Origin: Candidatus Binatus sp.
Lineage (GTDB): Bacteria; Acidobacteriota; Terriglobia; Acidiferrales; UBA7541
Assembly (NCBI GenBank): GCA_035602755.1
Contig: DATNLR010000127.1
Location: forward strand, 19,719 to 83,718
Direction of reading: 5' to 3'
DNA length: 64,000 bases
A program made the position numbers and the translations under genes. This document shows positions 40,255 through 48,865 of the stretch, piece after piece. Under the pieces are notes generated by a model that ran no database searches, was not told the origin of the DNA, and worked only from the letters and a program-made list of their open reading frames with translations. Every line of letters starts with the position of its first letter. Position 1 is the stretch's first letter.

Positions 40255-41793
40255 ATGAAATGGGATCGTGAAGAACTAGCAAGATTCATTGGAACCATGG
40301 GTGTGGCGATGTTGATCGCCGGATATTTGCGCTATTCGATCCAGGGCGAGCTTCTCACCTTTAGCAAAGTTGTACTGATACTGGGCGCTTTGTTTGTGCT
40401 GGCTTCGCTAGTGATCGGCTTTGAATTCATTATTCGCTTTTTCTCCAGGCGCTCCTCGCAACTCGGAACGAACACAACTATTTTAACTCTGGCGGTGATC
40501 GCAATCCTGGTGGTGGTGAATTTTTTCGGGTTCCGCCATCACAAGCGCTTCGATCTAACCACCGAAAAGCTTTTCACGCTTTCAGACCAGACTAAACAGG
40601 TCGTGGGCGGATTGCAGAAGGAAGTCACCATCGTCCGATTCGATAAGTCGCGCAATGCTGCGTTGGACGATGAGATGGCCGAGTACACCAACCTGAGTAA
40701 GCGGCTGAAATTCCAGAACATCGATCCCCAGCAGAAGCCCGAGGTGGCGCAGCAATATGGCGCCACGCGTATGGGCGACGTGATTGTCGCTTCCGGTTCT
40801 CACAGGGAACATCTGGAATCCGGGGTGGAAAGTGGAATCTCGGAAGAAGATATCACTCGGGCGATCATGAAGGTTACCCAGGACACGGCTAAGACAGTTT
40901 GCTTCGTGACTGGTCATGGCGAGAAGTCGTTAAGCGACAGCGGAGAGAACGGTTTCAACCACGTGGATGCCGGACTGAAAGGGCAGAACTACAACACCAA
41001 AACGATCAATCTCGTTTCGGAGAACGGCGTAGCGCCGGACTGTAGCGTGGTCGTAGTGGCGGGGCCGACGCAAGAATTCTTCCCGCAAGAAGCCGGAATG
41101 CTGAAGAAATATCTGGAGGGCAGCGGTAAAGTTTTGATACTGGTCGATCCCCAAACGGACCCCAAGCTAGGTGATATTTTCAATGCCTGGAATACGAGCG
41201 TAGGAAACAACGTGGTGATCGACGCAAGCGGAGTGGGAAGTCTCATCGGTGCGGGCCCGGCGATTCCCTTGGTTACCACCTTCGGGCAAAGTCCGATTAC
41301 CAAAAACTTTACCGGCATGATGACTTTCTTTCCTTTGGCTCGCACCGTGTCGATTGCGGATAAGTCGAAAACATCTCCTCCGATGGTCGAGCTTCTGAAA
41401 ACATCAGAACGCAGCTTCACCATCCCCAGCTTGAAGGAAGGCCAGAAGAAAGTGGAATTTGATCCGAAGACGGGCGTGCAAGGTCCGCTTTCATTGGGCC
41501 TAGCTGGTTCGCAGAAATCATCCGGCGGCGAAGCTCGACTGGTGGTGATCGGCAACTCCGAATTCGCCGCGAATCCCTATTTGAATCAACAGAAGAATGG
41601 GGATCTCTTCTACAACACGATTAACTGGCTGGCGCAAGACGAGAACCTGATTTCGATTCGTCCGAAATCTCAGACCAATCGTCGGGTTACGCTGACGCAA
41701 GGCCAAAGCAGCGCCCTCACATGGCTCGATCTATTCTTTCTGCCAGGAATCGTAATCTTGTCGGGAGTGTACATCTGGTGGAAGCGCCGTTAG
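40255..41793 (+). CDS. GldG-like ABC-transporter auxiliary protein (ABC-type uncharacterized transport system domain)
   Basis: N-terminal TM helices, a large periplasmic domain (FDLTTEKLFTLSDQT, VVVAGP, VIGNSEFA.N) and a C-terminal TM anchor. It lies directly after the ATPase and permease genes. GGAGGA is 9 nt before the ATG. Confidence 0.75.
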   Translation: MKWDREELARFIGTMGVAMLIAGYLRYSIQGELLTFSKVVLILGALFVLASLVIGFEFIIRFFSRRSSQLGTNTTILTLAVIAILVVVNFFGFRHHKRFDLTTEKLFTLSDQTKQVVGGLQKEVTIVRFDKSRNAALDDEMAEYTNLSKRLKFQNIDPQQKPEVAQQYGATRMGDVIVASGSHREHLESGVESGISEEDITRAIMKVTQDTAKTVCFVTGHGEKSLSDSGENGFNHVDAGLKGQNYNTKTINLVSENGVAPDCSVVVVAGPTQEFFPQEAGMLKKYLEGSGKVLILVDPQTDPKLGDIFNAWNTSVGNNVVIDASGVGSLIGAGPAIPLVTTFGQSPITKNFTGMMTFFPLARTVSIADKSKTSPPMVELLKTSERSFTIPSLKEGQKKVEFDPKTGVQGPLSLGLAGSQKSSGGEARLVVIGNSEFAANPYLNQQKNGDLFYNTINWLAQDENLISIRPKSQTNRRVTLTQGQSSALTWLDLFFLPGIVILSGVYIWWKRR

Positions 41794-41809
41794 AGATCCC
41801 AGGCCGACC

Positions 41810-43162
41810 ATGCTTATGATCAGAAAATCAACATTGCTGGTGCTGCTTGCGGCCGTTGTCTTGGGCGCGACGGTATATTTTCTTGACTGGCGAAAGAGCC
41901 AAAAAGAAAGTGAAAAGCCTCCTGTGGATGCCGAGAAGCTGGCCTATGCGATCCAGCCGCAGGATATAAATTCGCTCACCATTGAACATCCCGGGAATTC
42001 CGCCGAACCCCTGCTGCATTTCGAAAAACGCAACGGAAATTGGCAGATTACCCAACCGCTCATGACGCTGGCGGATGAGAGTTCGCTGGAGGGAATCGTT
42101 GATAGCCTATCCAGCGCACGCATCGCACAAAATGAACCGGGAACGCCGGACCGTTTGAAAGTGTTTGGCCTCGACCCGCCAGCAGTTTTAGTTGAATTCC
42201 AGCTTCAGAATGGCACCAAACACACGTTGGCTTTGGGCCATAAGGATTTCACCGGAATTTCGGCCTATGCCATCGTCGATGGGGCAAAAGATGTGGCTCT
42301 GCTTCCGGAATCGTTGCTCGTTAGCACCAGCAAAAGTCTCCAGAATTTGCGCGACAAAAATGTACTTCATATTGTGAACGGCGAGGTAGCCTCCTTCGAT
42401 CTGAAGAATCCTTCCGGCCAGCTCTCGGCAAAGAAAGAGCAAGACGACTGGAAGTTTACCGGGCCCACCGAAGCGAGAGGCGATGGGAACAGTATCGACA
42501 GTCTGCTCGCTACTATCGCCTCGGCAAAAATGACCGCCATCGCCAGCGAGACGCCGGATAATTTGGCCAAGTATGGCTTGGCGAGTCCGGCAATAATGTT
42601 CACGGCCCTAGACGGCAAAGGAAAAACATCCACACTGATCGTGGGGAAGAAGGAAGACGGCCAATATTTCGCGCGCGATATTTCCAGACCCACCCTATTT
42701 CGCATTGATGAAGAGCTGTACAAGAAACTCGCGCAAAATTTGGGCGACCTTCGAGATAAGAAGCTCGCGCACTTCGATCCTGCGGCGATAAATCACGTAG
42801 AAATACACAATGCTAACGGGACGTTTATCTGTACGCGGAAATCCGCGAGCGACTGGACAATTGACGCGCCTGCCGATCAGAAAGGAAAATCGCCTGAGAT
42901 CTCAAAGGTCTTTTTGCCGTTGGAGCAGGCTATCGCCGAACAGGTTTTCGACCAGCCCCCGGCCGATCTACGCGCTAAGTTGGCTAAGCCGGCGTTCGAG
43001 GCCACTTTAACGGACAAATCCGGAAAGAAATTGACCGTTCAGATATCGGGAGAGTCAGGTGGGTTTGTGTACGCGAAGACGAGCGACGGCCCGGCAATCT
43101 ATAAGTTCAATAAGCAAATTCTTAGCGATTTGAGTTTCCGCAATATGTACCCAACTTCCTAA
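41810..43162 (+). CDS. DUF4340-like periplasmic protein (usual fourth gene of GldAFG-type ABC operons)
   Basis: N-terminal TM/signal anchor. Repetitive ~100-aa beta modules (W.I..P, D...V..L...L). The position after the gldG-like gene matches the known synteny. Confidence 0.65.
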   Translation: MLMIRKSTLLVLLAAVVLGATVYFLDWRKSQKESEKPPVDAEKLAYAIQPQDINSLTIEHPGNSAEPLLHFEKRNGNWQITQPLMTLADESSLEGIVDSLSSARIAQNEPGTPDRLKVFGLDPPAVLVEFQLQNGTKHTLALGHKDFTGISAYAIVDGAKDVALLPESLLVSTSKSLQNLRDKNVLHIVNGEVASFDLKNPSGQLSAKKEQDDWKFTGPTEARGDGNSIDSLLATIASAKMTAIASETPDNLAKYGLASPAIMFTALDGKGKTSTLIVGKKEDGQYFARDISRPTLFRIDEELYKKLAQNLGDLRDKKLAHFDPAAINHVEIHNANGTFICTRKSASDWTIDAPADQKGKSPEISKVFLPLEQAIAEQVFDQPPADLRAKLAKPAFEATLTDKSGKKLTVQISGESGGFVYAKTSDGPAIYKFNKQILSDLSFRNMYPTS

Positions 43163-43247
43163 GGCACGGCATTCGGAAGTATTCGCGAACGCAACGCCGT
43201 AGCTTCTACTTCCCTGGGGACCGATTCATCATGGCTCCAGCCCGCGA

Positions 43248-43448
43248 TTAGCAAGACTTTTCCCGTTTAGGCGAGATGTATAGGAAATACAACGGTCCAC
43301 GGAGTTTGACTTCGTAGAAACCCGGGCGCTTGGGGTCGGGAATGACGTTCGCTCCGCGGGCCAACACATGGCGCAGGCGGGTGATCATTTCTTGTGAGTG
43401 ATTTCTGAGATCTTCGATTTCCAACTCGCGCTCTCGACACATCACCAT
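43248..43448 (-). CDS. Small conserved-looking hypothetical protein (66 aa)
   Basis: GGAGGA Shine-Dalgarno 5 nt upstream of the ATG. The sequence is not low-complexity (RPGFYEVKLRGPLYFLYISP). No family named. Confidence 0.4.
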   Translation of the reverse strand: MVMCRERELEIEDLRNHSQEMITRLRHVLARGANVIPDPKRPGFYEVKLRGPLYFLYISPKREKSC

Positions 43449-43663
43449 GGGTTCCTCCAGCCCTATATCGTCCTTCCTCTACTATTACGTTAGGGCTGTC
43501 CTAGTAGTTTCCAGCGCGGAGGTCTTTGCCCCTGGTTGGTTCAATCCGGCCAAGCCGCGTTCTGAAAAGTCCGCTGGAAGGTATAGGAGCGTTAACCATT
43601 AACTAGATACTTGCGCGAGCTTATTAAACTTGCCATAGTCCGAATGACTGAGGCCCATCCAAC

Positions 43664-43867
43664 GTGAAAAAAAAGAGAGCAAAGAAGTCGAACCGCATGC
43701 AGCGGGATAAGCGAAGGAAGCACCAGCACTGGCAGGTTACCGTGTTCTACCACGACGGGGAACGCTTTGCGCGTGTCTACATCGATCGCGATCGTGCCCA
43801 ACGTTTCGCCGCCCGTCAGAAGAAATCTCCGATTGTCAAAGCTACCAGAATCCTGGAAGTGGATTGA
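43664..43867 (+). CDS. Small highly basic hypothetical protein (67 aa)
   Basis: GTG start. Lys/Arg-rich N-terminus, then WQVTVFYHDGERFARVYIDRDRAQRFAARQ. Codon usage is plausible. No family named. Confidence 0.3.
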   Translation: MKKKRAKKSNRMQRDKRRKHQHWQVTVFYHDGERFARVYIDRDRAQRFAARQKKSPIVKATRILEVD

Positions 43868-43991
43868 AGCCTACAGGCACCCAAGCAGTCCGCGCAGCAC
43901 ACGTTTTCGACTCGTTCCAGATGTGTGGTGGAGCCCTTGTTCGCCTATAAGCCTCATGTTATAAATATTGGAGACTGAAGGCAGACTTAAC

Positions 43992-44065
43992 GCGGGATTC
44001 GTATAGTGGTAGTACGCGACCTTGCCAAGGTCGAGGCGAGAGTTCGATTCTCTTATCCCGCTCCA
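43992..44065 (+). tRNA. tRNA-Gly (anticodon GCC), CCA encoded
   Basis: Manual cloverleaf. Acceptor GCGGGAT/ATCCCGC. D-arm GTAT-AGTGGTA-GTAC. Anticodon stem CGACC/GGTCG with loop TTGCCAA. T-arm GAGAG-TTCGATT-CTCTT. Discriminator T followed by CCA. Confidence 0.9.
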
Positions 44066-44317
44066 CTTTTAGTCAATGTTTTGCAGGGTGTTTGCAATTT
44101 CGGTGATTTTGGCCCTGCCCCACCTACACTAAACTTCCATGATTGGGCGTTCCGAGGCGATGGTAAGCGATAGCAATCGTCTCGGAGCGCAACCACTCGT
44201 TTGAGTTCCTTCCATACTTCCTTGACTGCCTTCCTGGGGCGGCGACAAATAATGGTGCCAATTACGATCCGTATTACGGCTGGGGTGAAATCGACAGCGG
44301 GAACTGGGGCCCGTCAG

Positions 44318-46228
44318 TTATTCGGTGTTGGCGAAGAAATGAGGGTATAGCCGCTTGCAAGTCTCTGACGTACATCCCGCCTTCAAGTTCTCGGTTGTGG
44401 GCTTGTCTTCACGCCAGTTCTTTGCCTCAATCAGTCCATGGATGAGCTCGGCTTGCAGCGTATATTGCTCCGGCGGAACTTCTGCTCGGGCCCACTCCTT
44501 CTGCCACTTAGCTAGGCGCGCGCGCAAGATGGCCTCGTCCTCCGCAGGTCCGTGTTGAGAAATCTCAAAAGCAGCCTGCTTGGCGATCAACGGCTCTTCA
44601 CGCTGCAGCGCCTCGCGAAAGAAGAGGTCCACGGCGGGCGAATAGTAGGATTTGCACAACGCTATGAGCGGAGTCACATCCAGCGCTTTGCCATCCAACG
44701 CAATGCCCGCCTGCAATAATTTGAGGCCGCCTTGGGTGTCCCAGTGTGCCAGATATGCAAGTATTCCGCCGCGCGTATCGCCACCCCACTGCGAGCCATA
44801 CTGCTGGTACAGCGCGAGCATTTGCGGATAGACGCTCTTGGTGGCAAAACGCCCCGCCAACATCGCCTTTTCCGACATCAAAGCCCTCGGCTTTCCCCCA
44901 CCGCTCGCTCTGCTCTGTAAGTCGCTCAACAGGCAGTCATCCACTTCCGGCAAGCTGTCTGCCGGCAGCTTCGCCATCACGTCAAACTGCAAATATTCGG
45001 TCGGATTGCACGCCGCTTCTACCACGTAGGGCCGGCCTTCCGCTGGAGCGAGTTCCATCAGACGCTTCAAAGCTGCGCTTTTCGTTCCCTGAAACGTGTC
45101 GTCGAGTTTTTCTTCCAGTAAATGTTTTAGCGCCGGCACGATGCGCTGATCGGCGAGGTACTGCCCATAGGAGTTCAGCAACCAGTCCTGATGCCAGATG
45201 CTCACATCACCGAAGTGAGTGATCAGCACTTCCTGGGCAGCGGCAAATTGCGGAGTATAGGTCTCACCTTTCTGCGCGTAGGTGGTGAACACTGTTTCCG
45301 CTGTCTGTGCCAGGCTTCGCCCGCCGCGTTGTGGCAAGGTGGCCGCCACCTTCTGCAAATATTCTTGCTCGAACTGCTCCTGCGCCTGCTCCGTTGGCTG
45401 CGCCGCACTCGGCCCCGGCGGAACCGTCAGCGTAGCTTTCATCTCCGCGGCGAGCTGAAGCGCTGCTGCAACCGGATAAGAAGGATCGGTCATGGACTGT
45501 TCGAGAAGCTTCACGATTAATTCGCGGTCTCGCGCGACCCATAAAGCCGGAGTAATGCTCGTGCCGAACGGCTCGTATACTTGCGGGTGGAAAAACAGGT
45601 CCACTTTTGCGCGCGTCGAAGGCTCGCCGGTCAGCCACCTAAGCGTGTCCACATACTCCTGCGCAGTCCCAAGGTCGGGGGCGCTGCGAATCTTCTCCAT
45701 CAAATGATTCACCAGGGCCTGTTCGGCGGCCTCCTCCATCGGCGTCACGGTGAAACTCACGTCGTTGGTCGTCAGTGGCTCTTTGCCCTGCGGGGAATTG
45801 TCGGAATTCAACACCCGCGCGGTGGATAGGCGAACCGTATAGTTGCCCGGTTTGTCGAAGCGATACACCGCGTTGAGCAGCAGAAAGATATGTTGTGGAT
45901 CCCCCGGCTCAAGCTTTGAGGTTATTACATAATCGGGAACATACGGATGGCCGCGCGAAGAATCCGCCAGCCAGTTGAAAACTCCGTCGGAAGGCGTGAT
46001 CGTGAACTGATCAATTGGAGATGCGGGCTCGGTGACAATTGTGTTGACGGCGTAGCCTCGCTCATCGGCCGCAATCCCGAGGTCCATGACAATCGGCTCG
46101 CCTATGCGGTAGGAAACTTTCCCATCCCTCAACGAAAGCTGTACCCGCACGCCGTTCGTTTGTCCGAACGAGGAGCTCACCATCAGGAAGAGAAATACGA
46201 CGCCAGCCGCAAATTTCCATACTTGCAT
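44318..46228 (-). CDS. Secreted hypothetical protein (636 aa), N-terminal beta-sandwich-like region and alpha-helical C-terminal two thirds
   Basis: Signal peptide MQVWKFAAGVVFLFLMVSSSFGQ. The long ORF has coherent composition. No catalytic motif or family recognised. Confidence 0.6.
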   Translation of the reverse strand: MQVWKFAAGVVFLFLMVSSSFGQTNGVRVQLSLRDGKVSYRIGEPIVMDLGIAADERGYAVNTIVTEPASPIDQFTITPSDGVFNWLADSSRGHPYVPDYVITSKLEPGDPQHIFLLLNAVYRFDKPGNYTVRLSTARVLNSDNSPQGKEPLTTNDVSFTVTPMEEAAEQALVNHLMEKIRSAPDLGTAQEYVDTLRWLTGEPSTRAKVDLFFHPQVYEPFGTSITPALWVARDRELIVKLLEQSMTDPSYPVAAALQLAAEMKATLTVPPGPSAAQPTEQAQEQFEQEYLQKVAATLPQRGGRSLAQTAETVFTTYAQKGETYTPQFAAAQEVLITHFGDVSIWHQDWLLNSYGQYLADQRIVPALKHLLEEKLDDTFQGTKSAALKRLMELAPAEGRPYVVEAACNPTEYLQFDVMAKLPADSLPEVDDCLLSDLQSRASGGGKPRALMSEKAMLAGRFATKSVYPQMLALYQQYGSQWGGDTRGGILAYLAHWDTQGGLKLLQAGIALDGKALDVTPLIALCKSYYSPAVDLFFREALQREEPLIAKQAAFEISQHGPAEDEAILRARLAKWQKEWARAEVPPEQYTLQAELIHGLIEAKNWREDKPTTENLKAGCTSETCKRLYPHFFANTE

Positions 46229-46702
46229 CCGGCACCTCCTACGCGTTATGTGCCCTTAGACGCCGCGCAATAGCTATTTGTTGCCAGGTCTCAACTATCT
46301 TGCCAGTTGTATCCGGATTCATCCCGTTGCTCCAGTAAAATTGCTCGGGCACTCAATCGAAGCCTGTTTTCCCTGCTGTCACGCAGTTGTACAGAATTGT
46401 AAAACCCCCCTAGAGCCCTTATTTCCGCAAGCGGAAGGCTCGTCTCGCGCGTCTAAGCACGGTGAATGAGCTCGCGGAAGGGAATGTAAATTCTCCGGAC
46501 TCGCGCCCGAAATCTATTGTGGGCGACCGATTTATTGGAGTATGCTCCCCGACGCACTCCCCCGGATTCCACCGGGGCTTGGAACCGGCCCAGTTTTACA
46601 AAACCAACCCAAACAGAAACATCCGAATTCGTCCGGATGGCGTAGTAACAGTAGGAGTGGTTGAAGTCTGATGTCCAAACTCAACAGGAGGTAATTCGGG
46701 AA

Positions 46703-46990
46703 ATGACCAAATCAAAGAAGGCTCTAGTAGCTGGTGCAGCACTTGCAGGCTTGCTTGCCGGTTCCAGCGCAACGATTCAAGCATCGAATCTTCTACCTGG
46801 CTTGAGAGCTGCCGCGCAGTCCGATCAGGCGCCAGCCGACAAGAAGGTGAAGGAAAAGCACGCTTGCAAGGGTCAGAATTCCTGTAAGGGCAAGGGTGGA
46901 TGTAAATCGAGCGACAACGGTTGCAAAGGCAAGAACTCTTGCAAAGGCAAGGGCGGCTGCGCAACCGACGGTTCCAAGATGCCCGAATAA
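46703..46990 (+). CDS. bufA: Bufferin-type (6-Cys class) RiPP precursor peptide with Sec signal peptide
   Basis: AGGAGG lies upstream of the ATG. The signal peptide is MTKSKKALVAGAALAGLLAGSSATIQA. The core is HACKGQNSCKGKGGCKSSDNGCKGKNSCKGKGGCATDG, with 6 Cys in a duplicated CKG(Q/K)NSCKGKGGC module. The gene lies immediately upstream of DUF692, DUF2063 and DoxX genes. The ORF track extends to a TTG at 46661. Confidence 0.7.
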   Translation: MTKSKKALVAGAALAGLLAGSSATIQASNLLPGLRAAAQSDQAPADKKVKEKHACKGQNSCKGKGGCKSSDNGCKGKNSCKGKGGCATDGSKMPE

Positions 46991-47014
46991 GAAGGCGCAA
47001 GCTTTCTCCTGTCC

Positions 47015-47041
47015 AGGGCCGGCTTGGGGCTTACCGGCCCT
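47015..47041 (+). terminator. Intergenic stem-loop between precursor and modifying-enzyme genes (possible partial terminator or mRNA-stabilising hairpin)
   Basis: Perfect 8-bp GC-rich stem AGGGCCGG (47015-47022) / CCGGCCCT (47034-47041) with an 11-nt loop. It sits 25 nt after the precursor stop codon and 31 nt before the DUF692 start. There is no strong U-tract. Confidence 0.4.
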
Positions 47042-47072
47042 CGACATCCCCTTCGATTTACCGGAGTAGCGT

Positions 47073-47924
47073 ATGCCTGCGAATCGCTTTAATAATTTTA
47101 CGGACTATGGGATCGGAATTGGTCTGCGCGCCACGCATTACAATCACATCCTGACGCGCAAGCCGGTAGTGGACTGGTTCGAAATAATTTCCGAGAATTT
47201 CATGATCGATGGCGGCCGACCATTGCGCATCCTCGATCAAATTTTAGAGCAGTACAAAGTCGTGCAGCACGGCGTCTCGATGTACTTTGGTTCAGCGGAA
47301 CGTCCGAACCGCGAGCATCTTCGCCGGCTGAAAGCTCTTGTGAAGCGTACGAATACGCCCTGGCTCTCGGACCACCTTTGCTGGGGAAGCGTGGATGGCC
47401 GCTACACGCACGATCTGCTGCCCATGCCGTACACCTTGGAAGCCGCGCGTATCACGGCGCAGAAGGTTCGCGAAGTCCGCGATTACCTGGAAGTCCCGGT
47501 GGTGGTGGAAAACGTGAGCAGCTACGCGGAATTCCATGTTTCCGAGATGACCGAGTGGGAATTTCTGAACGAAGTGGTGGAGCGCGCCGACTGCGGAATT
47601 CTTCTGGACGTAAACAATATTTACGTTTCGTCAAAAAATCACAATTTCGATCCCTTTACCTACCTCAACAGCGTGCCCCCCGAGCGCGTTGCGCAGATTC
47701 ACATCGCTGGTCATTCAAAGTATCGGAAATATATTTTGGACACCCACGATCATCCGGTGATCGACCCGGTGTGGAAGTTGTACTCCCGCGCGATTGAACG
47801 CATTGGCCACACCGCAACGCTGCTGGAGTGGGACGACAGCATTCCATCATTTGACGAAGTTCACGACGAAGCTTTGAAAGCGAATAGATTCCTGGTCAGC
47901 GCGTCTTTGGCCACGGCCGTATGA
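47073..47924 (+). CDS. bufB: DUF692-family multinuclear non-heme iron oxidase (MNIO; MbnB/BufB-like)
   Basis: Full-length DUF692/UPF0276 pattern: GIGLRATHY, VDWFEIISENFM, HGVSMYFGS, PWLSDHLCW, HDLLPMPYT, VVVENVSSY, LLDVNNIYVSSKNH, IHIAGH, LDTHDHPV and LLEWD. Confidence 0.9.
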   Translation: MPANRFNNFTDYGIGIGLRATHYNHILTRKPVVDWFEIISENFMIDGGRPLRILDQILEQYKVVQHGVSMYFGSAERPNREHLRRLKALVKRTNTPWLSDHLCWGSVDGRYTHDLLPMPYTLEAARITAQKVREVRDYLEVPVVVENVSSYAEFHVSEMTEWEFLNEVVERADCGILLDVNNIYVSSKNHNFDPFTYLNSVPPERVAQIHIAGHSKYRKYILDTHDHPVIDPVWKLYSRAIERIGHTATLLEWDDSIPSFDEVHDEALKANRFLVSASLATAV

Positions 47925-48865
47925 AGCTGCTTGCTCTCCAACGTCGCATGGCCCGCGCGGTAATGACACCGTTAACGCCGTCGGAGCATATGCGTTCGGT
48001 TACGCCCGATGGACGCTCGATGCGCGCGGTGGCGTCTGAAATCATCAAGCCAAACGATCGCCTAACTTCTTTCGAGCGCCTGGAAATCTATAATCGACAG
48101 TATTGGTTTCGGATTCTGTCAGGATTCGCCGAGGATTTTCCCGGCCTTCGCAGCGTGCTGGGAGGAAATCGATTTGATCGTATGGCGAAGGCCTATCTTA
48201 GCGATTGCCCTTCGCAATCCTTCACTTTGCGCAATTTAGGAGCGCGCCTGGAAGGCTGGTTGAGGAAACATGCTCAGTGGGCGGGCACGCGGCAGTTGCT
48301 CGCTCTCGATATGGTACGGCTCGAATGGGCTGATATCGAAGCTTTCGATGGTCTGGCTGAGTCTCCGCTAAAACCGGAAGACCTTGCGGGCGCGAATCCA
48401 GCGAAGTTGCGTTTGCGCCTGCAGCCTTACATTCAGCTTCTGGATTTGCACTACCCGGTTGACGATCTGTTGTTGGAAGTTCGCAAAGTTGAGCAGGACA
48501 CGGATTTCGCCAGCAATGCATTCAGCGAGCGCCATCATCGAAAACGGGTTTCTGCCGTCGCCCGATTGAAAACCGAGCCGATTTTTCTGGCGGTACATCG
48601 CATGGACGATTCGGTTTATTTTCGACGGTTGCAGGCGGAAGAGTTTGCCATTCTGCGCGTTCTTCGTGGAGGTAAACCGCTCAATACCGCGGTGGAATCC
48701 GCGTTGAAAAAGAGTTCGATTGCGACCGAAGAGCGGCCCGCTCAGGTGCAACACTGGTTTCAAACTTGGTCGGCGCTGGGTTGGTTTTGCCGCGTCGCCG
48801 ATGATGTCGCAGAACGAAATTCAGCAGGGCAAACCACGCCGGGAGCAAAGGTTTCCATAAAATGA
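47921..48865 (+). CDS. bufC: DUF2063-family partner protein (MbnC/BufC-like substrate-recruiting subunit)
   Basis: ATGA start/stop overlap with the DUF692 gene. N-terminus LLALQRRMARAVMTP... and YRNQY-like IYNRQYWFRI are typical of DUF2063. The size and position match the DUF692-DUF2063 pairing. Confidence 0.75.
   Translation: MKLLALQRRMARAVMTPLTPSEHMRSVTPDGRSMRAVASEIIKPNDRLTSFERLEIYNRQYWFRILSGFAEDFPGLRSVLGGNRFDRMAKAYLSDCPSQSFTLRNLGARLEGWLRKHAQWAGTRQLLALDMVRLEWADIEAFDGLAESPLKPEDLAGANPAKLRLRLQPYIQLLDLHYPVDDLLLEVRKVEQDTDFASNAFSERHHRKRVSAVARLKTEPIFLAVHRMDDSVYFRRLQAEEFAILRVLRGGKPLNTAVESALKKSSIATEERPAQVQHWFQTWSALGWFCRVADDVAERNSAGQTTPGAKVSIK

Noticed and set aside
44066-44317. Possible integrated element or att site downstream of tRNA-Gly
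   Set aside because: No integrase, excisionase or repeat of the tRNA 3' end was visible in the flanks. The next gene is an ordinary-looking secreted protein with the same compositional feel as the rest of the window.
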